Positions 1 to 9,652 of a DNA stretch of 64,000 nt are shown one piece after another. Position numbers and translations under genes: made by a program. How positions within the stretch are numbered: position 1 is the stretch's first letter; every line of letters begins with the position of its first letter. Under the pieces are notes generated by a model. That model made no database searches. It saw only the letters and a list, made by a program, of their open reading frames with translations, and had not been told where the DNA came from. Origin of the DNA: a bacterium (lineage in GTDB: Bacteria; UBA8248); contig CBDATS010000005.1 of the NCBI GenBank assembly GCA_965200245.1, forward strand, positions 512,001 to 576,000, in the 5' to 3' direction.

Positions 1-1147
1 GGACCAGAGGATGCGCCAGCGGCGTTCCGCCTCCCGCGTAGCGGTTGTTCACGACGAACTCGACATCGCCGTAGCCGCCCTCGGCCAGGATGTTGCGGAC
101 GTTATCGATACGCTCATCAGGGTCTTCACCCGGCTGGAAACGCATGTTCACAACGGCCTGTGCTTCGGAGGGAATGCTGACCTTGACGGATTTACCCTCG
201 CCCACGAAACCCGCATGAAGGCCCGTTAACGTGAACTCCGCCTTGAACAGATGCGAACGCAAGGCGGCGTGGAAATCATCCTGCTGGAAACGATTGACCC
301 CCAGGCTCTGCTTCATTTTTTCGGGGTCCATGCGTTCGGCGAGCTTTCGGCACAAATCCTCTTCGGCCTCGCTCGGCGTCCAGCCTTCTCCTTTTTGGTA
401 GATATCCTCGAGCCTTGCCTGCAAACAGGCTATCGCCTCCACGAGACGCTCCGCCGGATTGCCTATCCAGTTGGAGTTGAGCGCGTGAATCTCGTTGCCC
501 ACAGGGCCGCCCCACTCCCCGGGACGGCAAAAGAGCCTGCCCATCAGGTTGCCCTTGAGACCCAACGGGACGATAGGCGTGCCGTCGGTCTGCCCCATTG
601 GACAGAGCCAGTAGGCCGCGTTCGCCTTTTTCATCTTCTCCTTGTACCGCGGAAAAAAATCCTTGATGCCACCGCTGCCCAGTTCTGACGCCTCATGAAC
701 GAACATCAAATTGAGCGGGAGCTTCTCCCCGGAGGCACGCGCCGCGTAAACGGCATTCATCACGCAGGCGATGCCTGTCTTCATGTCCTCCGCTCCCCGG
801 CCCACGATGCAGGGCCCAAGGCCTTCCAGTTCGTGTATCTCCGGCTCGAAAGGAGGATTGATCCAGTTGGGCTCTTCAGCAGGCGTCACGTCGTAGAGAC
901 CGTGGCAAAGCAACGTACGCTCGGCGCCTTCGTCAATCAGGCCGTAGACGACAGGGAACTCCGCAGTCTCCACCACTTCCGCATCACCACCGACCTCGAT
1001 GATCTCATCGGCCAGCATCTGCGCCATCTTGTCGTTTCCTAGACTGAGCGCCGAGACGCTCGGCTGGCGTATGTACTTGAGCAAACGCTCGACATGGGCG
1101 GATTCGAAATCCGCCTCGATCTGCGCGATGACTCTTTCGACATTCAC
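1..1147 (-). CDS. M20 family metallopeptidase/amidohydrolase, 3' end runs off the window (absent from the ORF track)
   Basis: Manual translation from GTG at 1147 gives MNVERVIAQIEADF...YIRQPSVS...LLCHGLYDVTP...GRGAEDMK...IPSEAQAVVNMRF, open to position 1. RBS-like GAGAGG upstream. Confidence 0.85.
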   Translation of the reverse strand, partial: MNVERVIAQIEADFESAHVERLLKYIRQPSVSALSLGNDKMAQMLADEIIEVGGDAEVVETAEFPVVYGLIDEGAERTLLCHGLYDVTPAEEPNWINPPFEPEIHELEGLGPCIVGRGAEDMKTGIACVMNAVYAARASGEKLPLNLMFVHEASELGSGGIKDFFPRYKEKMKKANAAYWLCPMGQTDGTPIVPLGLKGNLMGRLFCRPGEWGGPVGNEIHALNSNWIGNPAERLVEAIACLQARLEDIYQKGEGWTPSEAEEDLCRKLAERMDPEKMKQSLGVNRFQQDDFHAALRSHLFKAEFTLTGLHAGFVGEGKSVKVSIPSEAQAVVNMRFQPGEDPDERIDNVRNILAEGGYGDVEFVVNNRYAGGGTPLAHPLV

Positions 1148-1189
1148 CAGGAAAACCTCTCCATCCCCTGCGGGGGTATACGCGGGAAA

Positions 1190-1501
1190 TCAGGGAATCA
1201 TGAGACCGATCAGCGGGCCGTGCTGCTGCGCTCCGTATACGTCCCGGTCGCCCGGCGCGCCGGAAGTCGGTCCCTTTCTCGGTATGGTGATCTTGATGGC
1301 GTTGGCCGCGTCGAAATGGACGATCTTCACGTCCCCGGGCACCATCTCGTATAGATCCGAAACCACACCTAGCGTGAGTGCCTCGCTGTCGACCACGCGC
1401 CGGTAGGCCGTCTAGTCTGCAAACAGCAGATCGAACGTGATGTGCAGCGGGCCTGCGTTCTTGCTTCGAAACACCTCGGCGAGGTCGTAGAGCCGTTCCA
1501 C
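1190..1501 (-). pseudogene. DUF4387 family protein (AtuA partner) with an in-frame TAG at 1412-1414
   Basis: GTG at 1501 gives MERLYDLAEVFRSKNAGPLHITFDLLFAD*TAYRRVVDSEAL...GDRDVYGAQQHGPL. RSKNAGP and D(V/I)YGAQQH are typical DUF4387 motifs. Confidence 0.8.
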
Positions 1502-1503
1502 GC

Positions 1504-2868
1504 TCAGCCCACCTGCGCGAACTCGACCTCGAAGGGCGCTGCGGCATCTTCGAGTTCCACGAGGTGATAGATGTGGAACTCATATACCGGCCCGCCCTCG
1601 AAATCAGACGGCGAGAATGGAAAGGCAAGGTTCCCAGCGGTGGCCTTCCGGCCCTGGAAGCCCGCGTGCAGAAACGTGCTCCGCGCCAGCGAGAGCACTG
1701 CGTTCGCCGTCACCTGATCCCTGGCGATGGCCTCCATCACCATGCCGATCTCACAGGGCGCGCCCGGTTCGTCCGGCCCCGGCCTGCCGAGCACGCCGTC
1801 GCGTCCGTAAAAGATGAAACGCAACTCGTAGTCCTCGGGCGAGAGCGTTCCCCGAACCATATCTGCAACCGTGTTCTTCACGTTCGCCTCCACCTCGTCG
1901 AGACTCGCGATCAGGCGCGGATCCGCCATTCCCGCGACGGCGATGGTACGATAACCTCTCAGGCGCACGCCTTCGATCTTGATAGTGGGGGTCTGCGCCG
2001 CCGTGAATCGGCTGCCGCTCACCCGCACGCGGCGATCGCCCGTTTGCTCGAATTCCGAGTCCTTGAGATCGATCATGCCTTCGGGTTCATAGAACAGATA
2101 GGGGTCGGGCTGTTCGTACATCATGTGGGCCGCCACGGAGTTTGGCGTCACGCGCATCCCCTCGTTCATCGGTTCGAGTTCGAAGTGATCCTCGCGCAGC
2201 GTGCCCAGAATACAGTCGTTCGCCCCGATGGGGAGTGGGCACTGCGCACCACACTCGATGATCTTCGCCATGTGGAAGGCGAGGCCCAGGCCGAACCCGT
2301 GCATCGCGGCGTAGGAGGCATAGATGGCCGTGTCGCACGAGCGCCCGGCGAGCACGACTTCCGCACCACCTTCCAGAGCCGTCATGAAGGGCGCAAGCCC
2401 CATCTGGCCCACGATACGCACGCTCTCGTCCACCATCTCCTCGGTGAGTTCGGGGATATTGCCGAGGGTGCGCGTTTTCTTCTCTCTCACGGCGCGCTTG
2501 ATGAACTCCTTGTCCATCTCGGAGCGAATCACAGCGAGCCTGAAACAGTGCCCGTCGCGCCGCGCCAGTCTATGCATCACCTCCAGTACGCTGTCGATAT
2601 GGGGATTTCCGCCTGCCGTCCCGGCGGAGCCGATGATGTAGGGAATTTTCTTCTTTCTGGCGGCGGTCAGCGAATAGCCCAGATCGCGGAGAATCTGCTC
2701 GCGCTTGGTGAGTTGATTGCCGCTGCCGAGGTAATACGGACCCGCGTCGGTCGAGCCGTTGTCCGCCCCCATGATGTGGGGATCCCGGGCAAGTCCGTTA
2801 TCGAGTGAGGCCTTGGGAAATCCATAGCCGAGATTGCCACATACGGACAATACCCTGAGTTCATCCAT
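1504..2868 (-). CDS. Acyclic terpene utilization AtuA family (DUF1446) protein
   Basis: GNLGYGF, GSTDAGPYYLGSG, GSAGTAG, GRSCD, AKIIECGA and TAGNLAFPFSP motifs; followed directly by DUF4387. Confidence 0.85.
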   Translation of the reverse strand: MDELRVLSVCGNLGYGFPKASLDNGLARDPHIMGADNGSTDAGPYYLGSGNQLTKREQILRDLGYSLTAARKKKIPYIIGSAGTAGGNPHIDSVLEVMHRLARRDGHCFRLAVIRSEMDKEFIKRAVREKKTRTLGNIPELTEEMVDESVRIVGQMGLAPFMTALEGGAEVVLAGRSCDTAIYASYAAMHGFGLGLAFHMAKIIECGAQCPLPIGANDCILGTLREDHFELEPMNEGMRVTPNSVAAHMMYEQPDPYLFYEPEGMIDLKDSEFEQTGDRRVRVSGSRFTAAQTPTIKIEGVRLRGYRTIAVAGMADPRLIASLDEVEANVKNTVADMVRGTLSPEDYELRFIFYGRDGVLGRPGPDEPGAPCEIGMVMEAIARDQVTANAVLSLARSTFLHAGFQGRKATAGNLAFPFSPSDFEGGPVYEFHIYHLVELEDAAAPFEVEFAQVG

Positions 2869-2962
2869 GCGAGACTCCCGAGACGTTTTATATGGAAGAT
2901 ACTCGAAACCTACACGATCGCCCCAGCTTGGTAAACGCTGCGCAATTCGGAATATGGGGCGC

Positions 2963-3400
2963 CTATGGCTGGATGCGCAGCCGTTCGGGCTCGATGATGG
3001 CCTCCACCGTTATCTCGATCATCGCGTCGGGAGGACCGAGGCGCGATATCTCGATCAGTGTGCTGGCCGGGCGGACATCCTTGAAGTATTTGAAACGCTC
3101 ATCGGAATGCTTGTAGTACTCCATGATATCGGTCACATAGGTCGTTGAACTGACGATGTCGTTGAACGTCGCGCCCGCATGGGCCAGACCCTTGCCGATG
3201 TTCTCGCAGGTCACCCGTATCTGGGTGCGCATGTCGTTCACACCCACTACTTCACCACTCGGCTTGCGGGGCACCTGGCCGGAAAGATAGATGTGGGCGT
3301 GGTCTGCACCGTGAATCGTCACCACGGGCACGTATAGGAGTTCGCCGTTTTCAACGCGGGACCACATGTCGTCGGGCTGCATGAACTGTCTCTGGATCAT
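2963..3400 (-). CDS. RidA/Rid family protein
   Basis: IYLSGQV, YVTD, PASTLIEISRL and IEI motifs; ATG at 3400 preferred over 3505. Confidence 0.8.
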   Translation of the reverse strand: MIQRQFMQPDDMWSRVENGELLYVPVVTIHGADHAHIYLSGQVPRKPSGEVVGVNDMRTQIRVTCENIGKGLAHAGATFNDIVSSTTYVTDIMEYYKHSDERFKYFKDVRPASTLIEISRLGPPDAMIEITVEAIIEPERLRIQP

Positions 3401-3426
3401 CTTCTCGTACCCCTTTTGGTTTTCGT

Positions 3427-4242
3427 TTAATCCGTCACCCATGCGGGCCGGCCGCCAGACTGCCCCATGAGGCCTGCAAGCGTCTCGGCTACCTTTCTTT
3501 CGCATTCAAGAAATTCCACCGAAAGAACGTCGCGTGGACGCGGCAGGTCAATTTTGATCTCCTCGGCGATTCGCCCGGGACGCGGCGACATCAGGAGCAC
3601 TCTGTCGGAGAGATAGGCCGCTTCGCGAACGCTGTGTGTCACGAAGAGAACTGTCTTGTGGGTTTCCATCCACACCTGCACGAGGAGCTGCTGGAGGCTC
3701 GAACGCGTCTGGGCGTCGAGGGCGCCGAAGGGCTCGTCCATGAGCATCACTTCGGGATCGAAGGCCAGCGCACGCGCGATGCCCACCCGCTGCTTCATAC
3801 CACCCGAAAGACGGTAGGGATATACGTCCTTAAAGCTCTCGAGCTCTACCAGCCTCAAGAGACGGTCCACCACGGGGTCGCGCTCGGCTTTGGGGATTCC
3901 CTTCATGCGCATGCCGAAGCGGACGTTTCCGGCGACCGTCAGCCAGGGAAAGACAGCGAACTCCTGGAACACGACGCCCCGGTCGAAACCCGTGTCGTTG
4001 ATGTGATGGCCGTCCAGGACGACTTCGCCCGAGGTTTTTTCATAGAGACCCGCCACGATCATCAGGAGTGTGCTCTTGCCGCAACCGCTTGGCCCGATTA
4101 GTGAGATGAACTCACCGCTTCGCACCTCGAAGTTCACCGATTCGAGAGCGGTGATGTCCGTAGTCCGCCCCCATCCCTCGTCGATGGTGAAGACCTTGTC
4201 CAGTTCCCTGACCTGTAGTTTTACGGGACCCTGTATCGCCAA
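3427..4242 (-). CDS. NitT/TauT family ABC transporter ATP-binding protein
   Basis: GPSGCGKS, LSGGMKQR, MDEPFGALD, VTH and SPRPG motifs. Confidence 0.95.
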   Translation of the reverse strand: MAIQGPVKLQVRELDKVFTIDEGWGRTTDITALESVNFEVRSGEFISLIGPSGCGKSTLLMIVAGLYEKTSGEVVLDGHHINDTGFDRGVVFQEFAVFPWLTVAGNVRFGMRMKGIPKAERDPVVDRLLRLVELESFKDVYPYRLSGGMKQRVGIARALAFDPEVMLMDEPFGALDAQTRSSLQQLLVQVWMETHKTVLFVTHSVREAAYLSDRVLLMSPRPGRIAEEIKIDLPRPRDVLSVEFLECERKVAETLAGLMGQSGGRPAWVTD

Positions 4243-4263
4243 GAGTATGCTCCTGTCGGCGCG

Positions 4264-5124
4264 TTATTCGCGCAGTGTTCCCCAGCGCTGTACCGTGGCC
4301 AACTCGATGCTCCGCAGGCAGACGCGCTCCACGATAACTCCCAGAATGCCGACGACCACCACCCCGCCGTACATCATGTCCGCCGCGAGGAAATCGCGCG
4401 CCGCGAAAATACGAAAGCCCAGGCCTGCCTCGAGCGCGACTATCATCTCCCCGGTCACGACGATGCGCCACGCGCGGCTGAACGCGATGCGGTAGCCCGC
4501 AATGAGATTGGGCAGCGCGCCCGGGACCATCACCTGGAAGAAAAGCGTCATGCCCTTCGCACCCATTGCCCTGCCCGCGCGTATGAGCGAGGCGTCCACG
4601 GTCTTCACGCCCGTCCATGCGTTCACCATGACTGTAATCATCCCTTCGAACCAGAGCACGGAGATCAGGGTGAAGTCGCTCAGCCCGAACCACAGGATGA
4701 CGATGGGAAAGAGCGCGAGACCCGGCACAGCCAGAAAAAAATACATCGGCGGCGCAAGAATCCGCTCGACCGTTTGATTCATTCCCATCACCAGACCGAC
4801 CACGGTTCCCGAAACGAGGGCAAGGGCCGCTCCAACCAGAAGGCGATAAAGCGAAACGTAGATGTCCAGCCAGAGGATGCCGGACTTCGCCTGATCCACC
4901 ATCGTCACCCAGATTTTTTCCAGCGGCGGAAACAGGACAGGATGAAGCGTGCCCGAGTGCGCGAGCAACTCCCAGAAGATGAGCAGCCCGATGAGAGGTG
5001 CCGCCATCAGGAAAAAGGCTTTGCCGGAGTTTCGGAAAACCACACCCCAGTTTGGAGGCCCGAGTTGTTTCCCGCTCCCCGGCGTTTCTCCGGCTTGCGT
5101 TCGCGCTTTATCGGCCGACGCCAC
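4264..5124 (-). CDS. NitT/TauT family ABC transporter permease
   Basis: Hydrophobic; EAA-like loop LIRAGRAMGA; AWRIVVTGEM...GLGF. Confidence 0.92.
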   Translation of the reverse strand: MASADKARTQAGETPGSGKQLGPPNWGVVFRNSGKAFFLMAAPLIGLLIFWELLAHSGTLHPVLFPPLEKIWVTMVDQAKSGILWLDIYVSLYRLLVGAALALVSGTVVGLVMGMNQTVERILAPPMYFFLAVPGLALFPIVILWFGLSDFTLISVLWFEGMITVMVNAWTGVKTVDASLIRAGRAMGAKGMTLFFQVMVPGALPNLIAGYRIAFSRAWRIVVTGEMIVALEAGLGFRIFAARDFLAADMMYGGVVVVGILGVIVERVCLRSIELATVQRWGTLRE

Positions 5125-5138
5125 GAGAATTTCCTTTC

Positions 5139-6488
5139 TCAGTTTCCGAGAGCCGTTATTCGCCCGCTTCCGAGAGCTTCTATCTGTCCGGGCTCGGGCA
5201 GGTTCGCGTAGGGATCCGGCGCGATGTCGGAAGTGTCACGCTCCCGCATGCACAGTTCCAGTGCTGCGAGGGCGAATATTCTTGTCGTGTCCACCAGCGC
5301 GTCGATGTGGATGTGTTCGCCGATATCGGCATTCCAGCCGTAATCTGCCGTCGCCGTTCGTCCCGCCAACCCGTAAGTGATGGTCTGGATGCCGTAGCGG
5401 TTCATGTGGGCGGCGTCGAGATAGGAAGTCTTTACGATGATGTTGGGCTTTTCTCCTGTAACGTCCTCGTGCGCGCGGATCATCGCCCTGGAGGGCAATG
5501 AATCGACAGGGATCCCCGAGGGCGGATGCGAGGAGAATACCTCGACCCTGGCCCCGACATCGGGATGTTCCTCGTTCACCTGCTCGATGACACCCTTGAA
5601 CTCCGCCTGCACATCCTGAATCGTCTGCCCCGGTACCAGGCGAACGTCCACGAACAGACGACACTCGATGGGCGAACGCGCACAGCGGTAGGGCCATCCG
5701 CCCTCGATGGCCGCCACGTTCACGTGAGGGCGCTCGCCCAAGAACTCATTGCGTCCCCGGTATTCGGGAATCCACTTTCTTATGGCCGCCTGCACCCGCT
5801 CCATCCGCTCGATGGCACTTGCCGTGTAGTCGCCGTAGCACGTATGGCCCATCAGTCCCCGCGTGATGACCTTGAACCATACCGTGCCCCCGTGCCAGGG
5901 AGCGACCTGCATGCCGGTCGGCTCGCCGAGAATGCAGAAATCCGTCAGATAACCGTGAGAGATAAGATGCCGGGTGCCGACGCCGTAGCCGTCATAGAGC
6001 ACGTCCTGGTACTGGTCGATCCGGTTTTTCTCGATCTCGCCCGCGACGGAGGCCAGAACGATGTCACCTCTGAGCTTCACGCCCGCGTCTGCGAGGGCCT
6101 TCGTTGCACCGAGGTAGGAGACGTCGGCGCTTTTCATGTTGGCCGCGCCGTTTCCGATAATCCAGTCGCCCTCGCGAATCGCCTTGTTCTTGTAGCCTGG
6201 TTGTGTGAGTTCGGGTTCCTCGCCGGAATAGGAGGTGTCCAGGTGTCCGTTGAACATCAGGGAATAGCCGCCACCGGTTCCCGGTGATATGCCGACAGCG
6301 TTATAGCGGCCCTCGGCTACCTTTTGCAGGTGCGCCTCGAAACCGGCCTCCTCGTACTTCGCGTGCATGTAGCGGGCCGCCTCCTCTTCGTAGCCGGTAG
6401 GGCTTGGTATGTCCACGAGTTCCATGGTGGTTTTGATCAGGAATTCCTCATCCACCGCGTCGACGACTTTCTTTTGCAGCTCATCCAT
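5139..6488 (-). CDS. M20/ArgE-like amidohydrolase
   Basis: IPSPTGYE, FNGHLDT, GAANMK, GEPT and DVRLVPG motifs. Confidence 0.88.
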   Translation of the reverse strand: MDELQKKVVDAVDEEFLIKTTMELVDIPSPTGYEEEAARYMHAKYEEAGFEAHLQKVAEGRYNAVGISPGTGGGYSLMFNGHLDTSYSGEEPELTQPGYKNKAIREGDWIIGNGAANMKSADVSYLGATKALADAGVKLRGDIVLASVAGEIEKNRIDQYQDVLYDGYGVGTRHLISHGYLTDFCILGEPTGMQVAPWHGGTVWFKVITRGLMGHTCYGDYTASAIERMERVQAAIRKWIPEYRGRNEFLGERPHVNVAAIEGGWPYRCARSPIECRLFVDVRLVPGQTIQDVQAEFKGVIEQVNEEHPDVGARVEVFSSHPPSGIPVDSLPSRAMIRAHEDVTGEKPNIIVKTSYLDAAHMNRYGIQTITYGLAGRTATADYGWNADIGEHIHIDALVDTTRIFALAALELCMRERDTSDIAPDPYANLPEPGQIEALGSGRITALGN

Positions 6489-6537
6489 GATCCGCGATTC
6501 TCCTCAAGTGCTTCATACCCACACAGTTAGACCCTCA

Positions 6538-6573
6538 CCCCTCCGGAAGGCTGCGCAACGCCCTTCAGAGGGG
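6538..6573 (-). other. Intercistronic stem-loop after the substrate-binding gene
   Basis: Imperfect inverted repeat CCCCTCCGGAAGG...CCTTCAGAGGGG. Confidence 0.5.
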
Positions 6574-6603
6574 CAAAAACGGTTCGGATATATCTCTCCC
6601 GTT

Positions 6604-7599
6604 CTACTTCATTAGTGCGAAGTAGGCGTTCTCCACCAATGTGATGTCGATGTGTTTGGTGACGTCGATGCGCTTGGGCAGCTTGCCCTTTTTCACACTT
6701 ACGTCCACGCCGTCCTGCACTTCCTTGATGTCTCTGTGCGTGATCATCGCGCGGTCCCAGCGCATGAACCTGTACAGATCGGTCTTCACCTTTTTCACGC
6801 TGAACTTGAATCCCTGGCTCTTCCAGAACTCATGCATCAGCTTCGCGGATTTATCTCTGTTCCGGTTCAGGAAGCGCATCGCACGAACATGGGCGTTGAT
6901 GAAACGCTGCGCGCCGTCGGGGTTTTTCTTCTTGATGTAGGACCAGGAAGTCGTCAGAAAGACCGGCGATGTGTAGCCGAGCAAATCATCGTAGTCCTTC
7001 GGCCCCATGACCATTCGGCCCAGGCCCTTGTCGACGATGATCGAGCCCCACGGTTCCCAGGTCAGGCCAGCGTCCAGCGCACCGCGCTCGAAGGCGGCGG
7101 GGAGCGAGCCGGTCTTGGTGTTGCGGAGCTTGAAATCCTTGTCCGACAAACCGATGCGCGAGAGATACGTCATCCAGGTGGCCCAGGTGCCGGTGCCCAT
7201 CTGCGCGCCCACGGTCTTGCCCTTCAAGTCCTTCACCGATTTGGTGGTCTTGTCCTTCACGGGCACGAGCACCATGTTCTGGTTACCGTAGCGGTTGAGC
7301 GCGATGCCCACGACATCCAGGCCGCGTGCCGCAATCTGGCCCACGCGGGAGCCTCGCGTGCTGATGATGTCGGCAGTGCCGCCGATCAGCGCGTCGATCA
7401 GCGCGCGGGGACTCGTGACCCGGCGCTGCACGTTGACGCCCTCGGCTTTGTAGAACCCTTTCTTTTCAGCGATGTAGGGGATTGCGGCGTGCGAGGTGTT
7501 GTCATGAATCAATTTGACAACGCCTTTTGCCGCCAATGCGTTCGGTGCCATTCCCAGGACAACGATAGTTGCGATTAAAAGCAGGCCGAACCTTTTCAT
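6604..7599 (-). CDS. NitT/TauT (SsuA/NMT1-like) ABC substrate-binding protein
   Basis: Signal peptide MKRFGLLLIA...ALA; IAEKKGFY, SVKDLKGKTVG and WEPW motifs. Confidence 0.9.
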   Translation of the reverse strand: MKRFGLLLIATIVVLGMAPNALAAKGVVKLIHDNTSHAAIPYIAEKKGFYKAEGVNVQRRVTSPRALIDALIGGTADIISTRGSRVGQIAARGLDVVGIALNRYGNQNMVLVPVKDKTTKSVKDLKGKTVGAQMGTGTWATWMTYLSRIGLSDKDFKLRNTKTGSLPAAFERGALDAGLTWEPWGSIIVDKGLGRMVMGPKDYDDLLGYTSPVFLTTSWSYIKKKNPDGAQRFINAHVRAMRFLNRNRDKSAKLMHEFWKSQGFKFSVKKVKTDLYRFMRWDRAMITHRDIKEVQDGVDVSVKKGKLPKRIDVTKHIDITLVENAYFALMK

Positions 7600-7681
7600 C
7601 TTATCTTCCTCCACGATTGAGAAAACCCGTTGCCTCTGCTACGTCAGTCAAAGATAAAATAATCGGAACCGGCGAGGTGTT

Positions 7682-8029
7682 TCACTCTCTCGCCGGGTGA
7701 AATATGGCCAGCAGTTTTACGTCCCTCTCTCCTCCCGTCATGCTGCGGTGCATCGTCTTTCGGGGCAGGAAAATACAGTCGCCGCCGCGAAACTCGATAT
7801 TCCTGTCCTTCAGTTCGTATCGGCCCTCGCCCTCGATGATGTAGATGAGTTCATCCTCTTCGTGATCGTGCCATTCGTGGATCTCGCCGGGACGAAACAC
7901 GGTGAGCCACGCGTCGACGTCCCAGCCGTGGTCTTCCCTCGAAGTCATGCGCCAGGCTTGCGCCCCGCCGTCGAGCACCTTGTGCTTTCGGGCTTCGGGT
8001 CTTATCAGGCAGGTTTCGCGATCGCTCAA
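7682..8029 (-). CDS. Cupin domain protein
   Basis: HDHEEDELIYIIEGEG and GDCIFLPRKTMH cupin motifs. Confidence 0.85.
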   Translation of the reverse strand: MSDRETCLIRPEARKHKVLDGGAQAWRMTSREDHGWDVDAWLTVFRPGEIHEWHDHEEDELIYIIEGEGRYELKDRNIEFRGGDCIFLPRKTMHRSMTGGERDVKLLAIFHPARE

Positions 8030-8102
8030 TTCCCCATCTCCAAGAACACCCGCCCCGTGCGCGAGATGAAGCCCTTGTATGAGATTTGAATGATATTCGG
8101 AG

Positions 8103-8131
8103 ATGTTATGAACTTATTCCTGCAGTGTCAA
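8103..8131 (-). promoter_or_regulatory. Sigma70-type promoter for the cupin-ABC-M20-RidA-AtuA operon
   Basis: Minus strand TTGACA-17 nt-TAACAT. Confidence 0.7.
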
Positions 8132-8167
8132 CCCCGGCAGACGGGCACCCCAAGATATTCCCGCGAC

Positions 8168-9649
8168 TCATGTCTTCTTAGCGCGTCCCCGGCGGAAGAT
8201 GCCGTCGTAGAAGGTGAACAGGGAGATAACCATCAAAAGCGTACCGATGGGGCTCGTAAGGAAATACCAGAACGGCTTGTTCTCGAAGGTGATGAGCGCG
8301 CGGCGCAGATTCTCGTCGGCAAGAGATCCCAGGATGACGGCCAGAACCATGGGTGCCAGCGGAAGGCCGAGGCATCTCAGAGCATAGCCGACGAAGCCTG
8401 CGGCCAGCATTACGTAGACGTCAAACATGCTCAGTCGCACCGCGTAAGCTCCCAATATACAGATGGGGATGATGATCGGCATCAACAGGGTGCGCGGCAG
8501 GCTGTAGAGCTTGATGGCGGGCTTCACCAACATGAGGCCGAACACGTACATCAGGAAGTTCGCCACGATGAGCGCCCCGTAGATGAAATAGACGAGACCC
8601 GGGTTTTCGACGTTGATGGTGGGGCCCATCACCACGTGCTTGAGTTCCAGCGCCGCCATGAAGGCGGCGGCGGGAGGGCTGCCCGGAATCCCGAGCGTGA
8701 GTGTGGGGAGGATGGTTCCACCAATACAGGCGTTGTTCGCCACCTCCCCGCATACGATCCCCTCGTAGCTCCCCTTGCCGAATTTCTCGCGCTCTTCGGG
8801 CTTCGCACGGCGTTTTCCCACGTCGTAGGCTACAAAGGCGGCAATGTTCCCGCCCGCGCCGGGGATAGCGCCTATCACCGTTCCGATGATACCTGAGCGC
8901 ACCGAGGAACGTGCGTAGCGCCACAGCATGGAGAAAGGTGGTATCACCCGGTCCACTCTTTCGGGGATCACGGGCGGTTCCTTCTGGGGTAACACCCAGA
9001 GCACCTCGGTCAGGCCGAAAAAACCGATGATCACGGGTATATAGCTGATACCGTCTTCCAGCAGCACGCTCCCGAAAGTGAAGCGCGGAACGCCGTATAT
9101 CTTGTCAAGACCTACGAATGCGATGAGAAGCCCCAGCCAGCCGGATATCCAGCCCTTGATGGGCGCCTCGCCCGACGTGAGCGTACCGCAGATCGCAATT
9201 CCCCAAAGCGCGAGGAGGAACATCTCCCACGAACGAAACTGCAGGGCGACGAGCAAAATAAGGGGAATGAACGACACCAGAAGCAGTATGCCCACCCAGT
9301 TGCCGAGAAAGGAAGACACCAGCGCAGTGCCGAGCGCCAGCCCGCCCTCTCCTCGTTGGGCGAGCTGGTAGCCCTCGATCATCGTGGGAACGGCGGCGGG
9401 TGTGCCCGGAATGTTGATGAGCACTGCGGTAATCGAACCACCGAATACGCTCGCCGTATAGACACCCAACAGGAACATGATAGCCACGTCCTGGCTCATC
9501 TGGGTGGAAAGCCCGATCAGGAGCACCATGGACATGGTTGTCGAGATGCCCGGCATCGAACCCCAAAGCAGTCCCAGAATAGTACCCAGAATGCAGATGA
9601 ACACCAGATACGGGTCCATCGCATGGATGAGTTGCTCGATGAAAAACAC
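8168..9649 (-). CDS. tctA: Tripartite tricarboxylate transporter large permease TctA
   Basis: GSMPGIS, INIPGTPAA, GAIPGAG, EVANNA and TLGIPGS motifs. Confidence 0.93.
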   Translation of the reverse strand: MFFIEQLIHAMDPYLVFICILGTILGLLWGSMPGISTTMSMVLLIGLSTQMSQDVAIMFLLGVYTASVFGGSITAVLINIPGTPAAVPTMIEGYQLAQRGEGGLALGTALVSSFLGNWVGILLLVSFIPLILLVALQFRSWEMFLLALWGIAICGTLTSGEAPIKGWISGWLGLLIAFVGLDKIYGVPRFTFGSVLLEDGISYIPVIIGFFGLTEVLWVLPQKEPPVIPERVDRVIPPFSMLWRYARSSVRSGIIGTVIGAIPGAGGNIAAFVAYDVGKRRAKPEEREKFGKGSYEGIVCGEVANNACIGGTILPTLTLGIPGSPPAAAFMAALELKHVVMGPTINVENPGLVYFIYGALIVANFLMYVFGLMLVKPAIKLYSLPRTLLMPIIIPICILGAYAVRLSMFDVYVMLAAGFVGYALRCLGLPLAPMVLAVILGSLADENLRRALITFENKPFWYFLTSPIGTLLMVISLFTFYDGIFRRGRAKKT

Positions 9650-9652
9650 GGT

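Noticed and set aside
1564-2808. Long antisense ORFs (also 12096..13307, 14349..15452, 28346..29575, 33827..34789 and others)
   Set aside because: Shadows of well-supported high-GC genes on the opposite strand; no family motifs.
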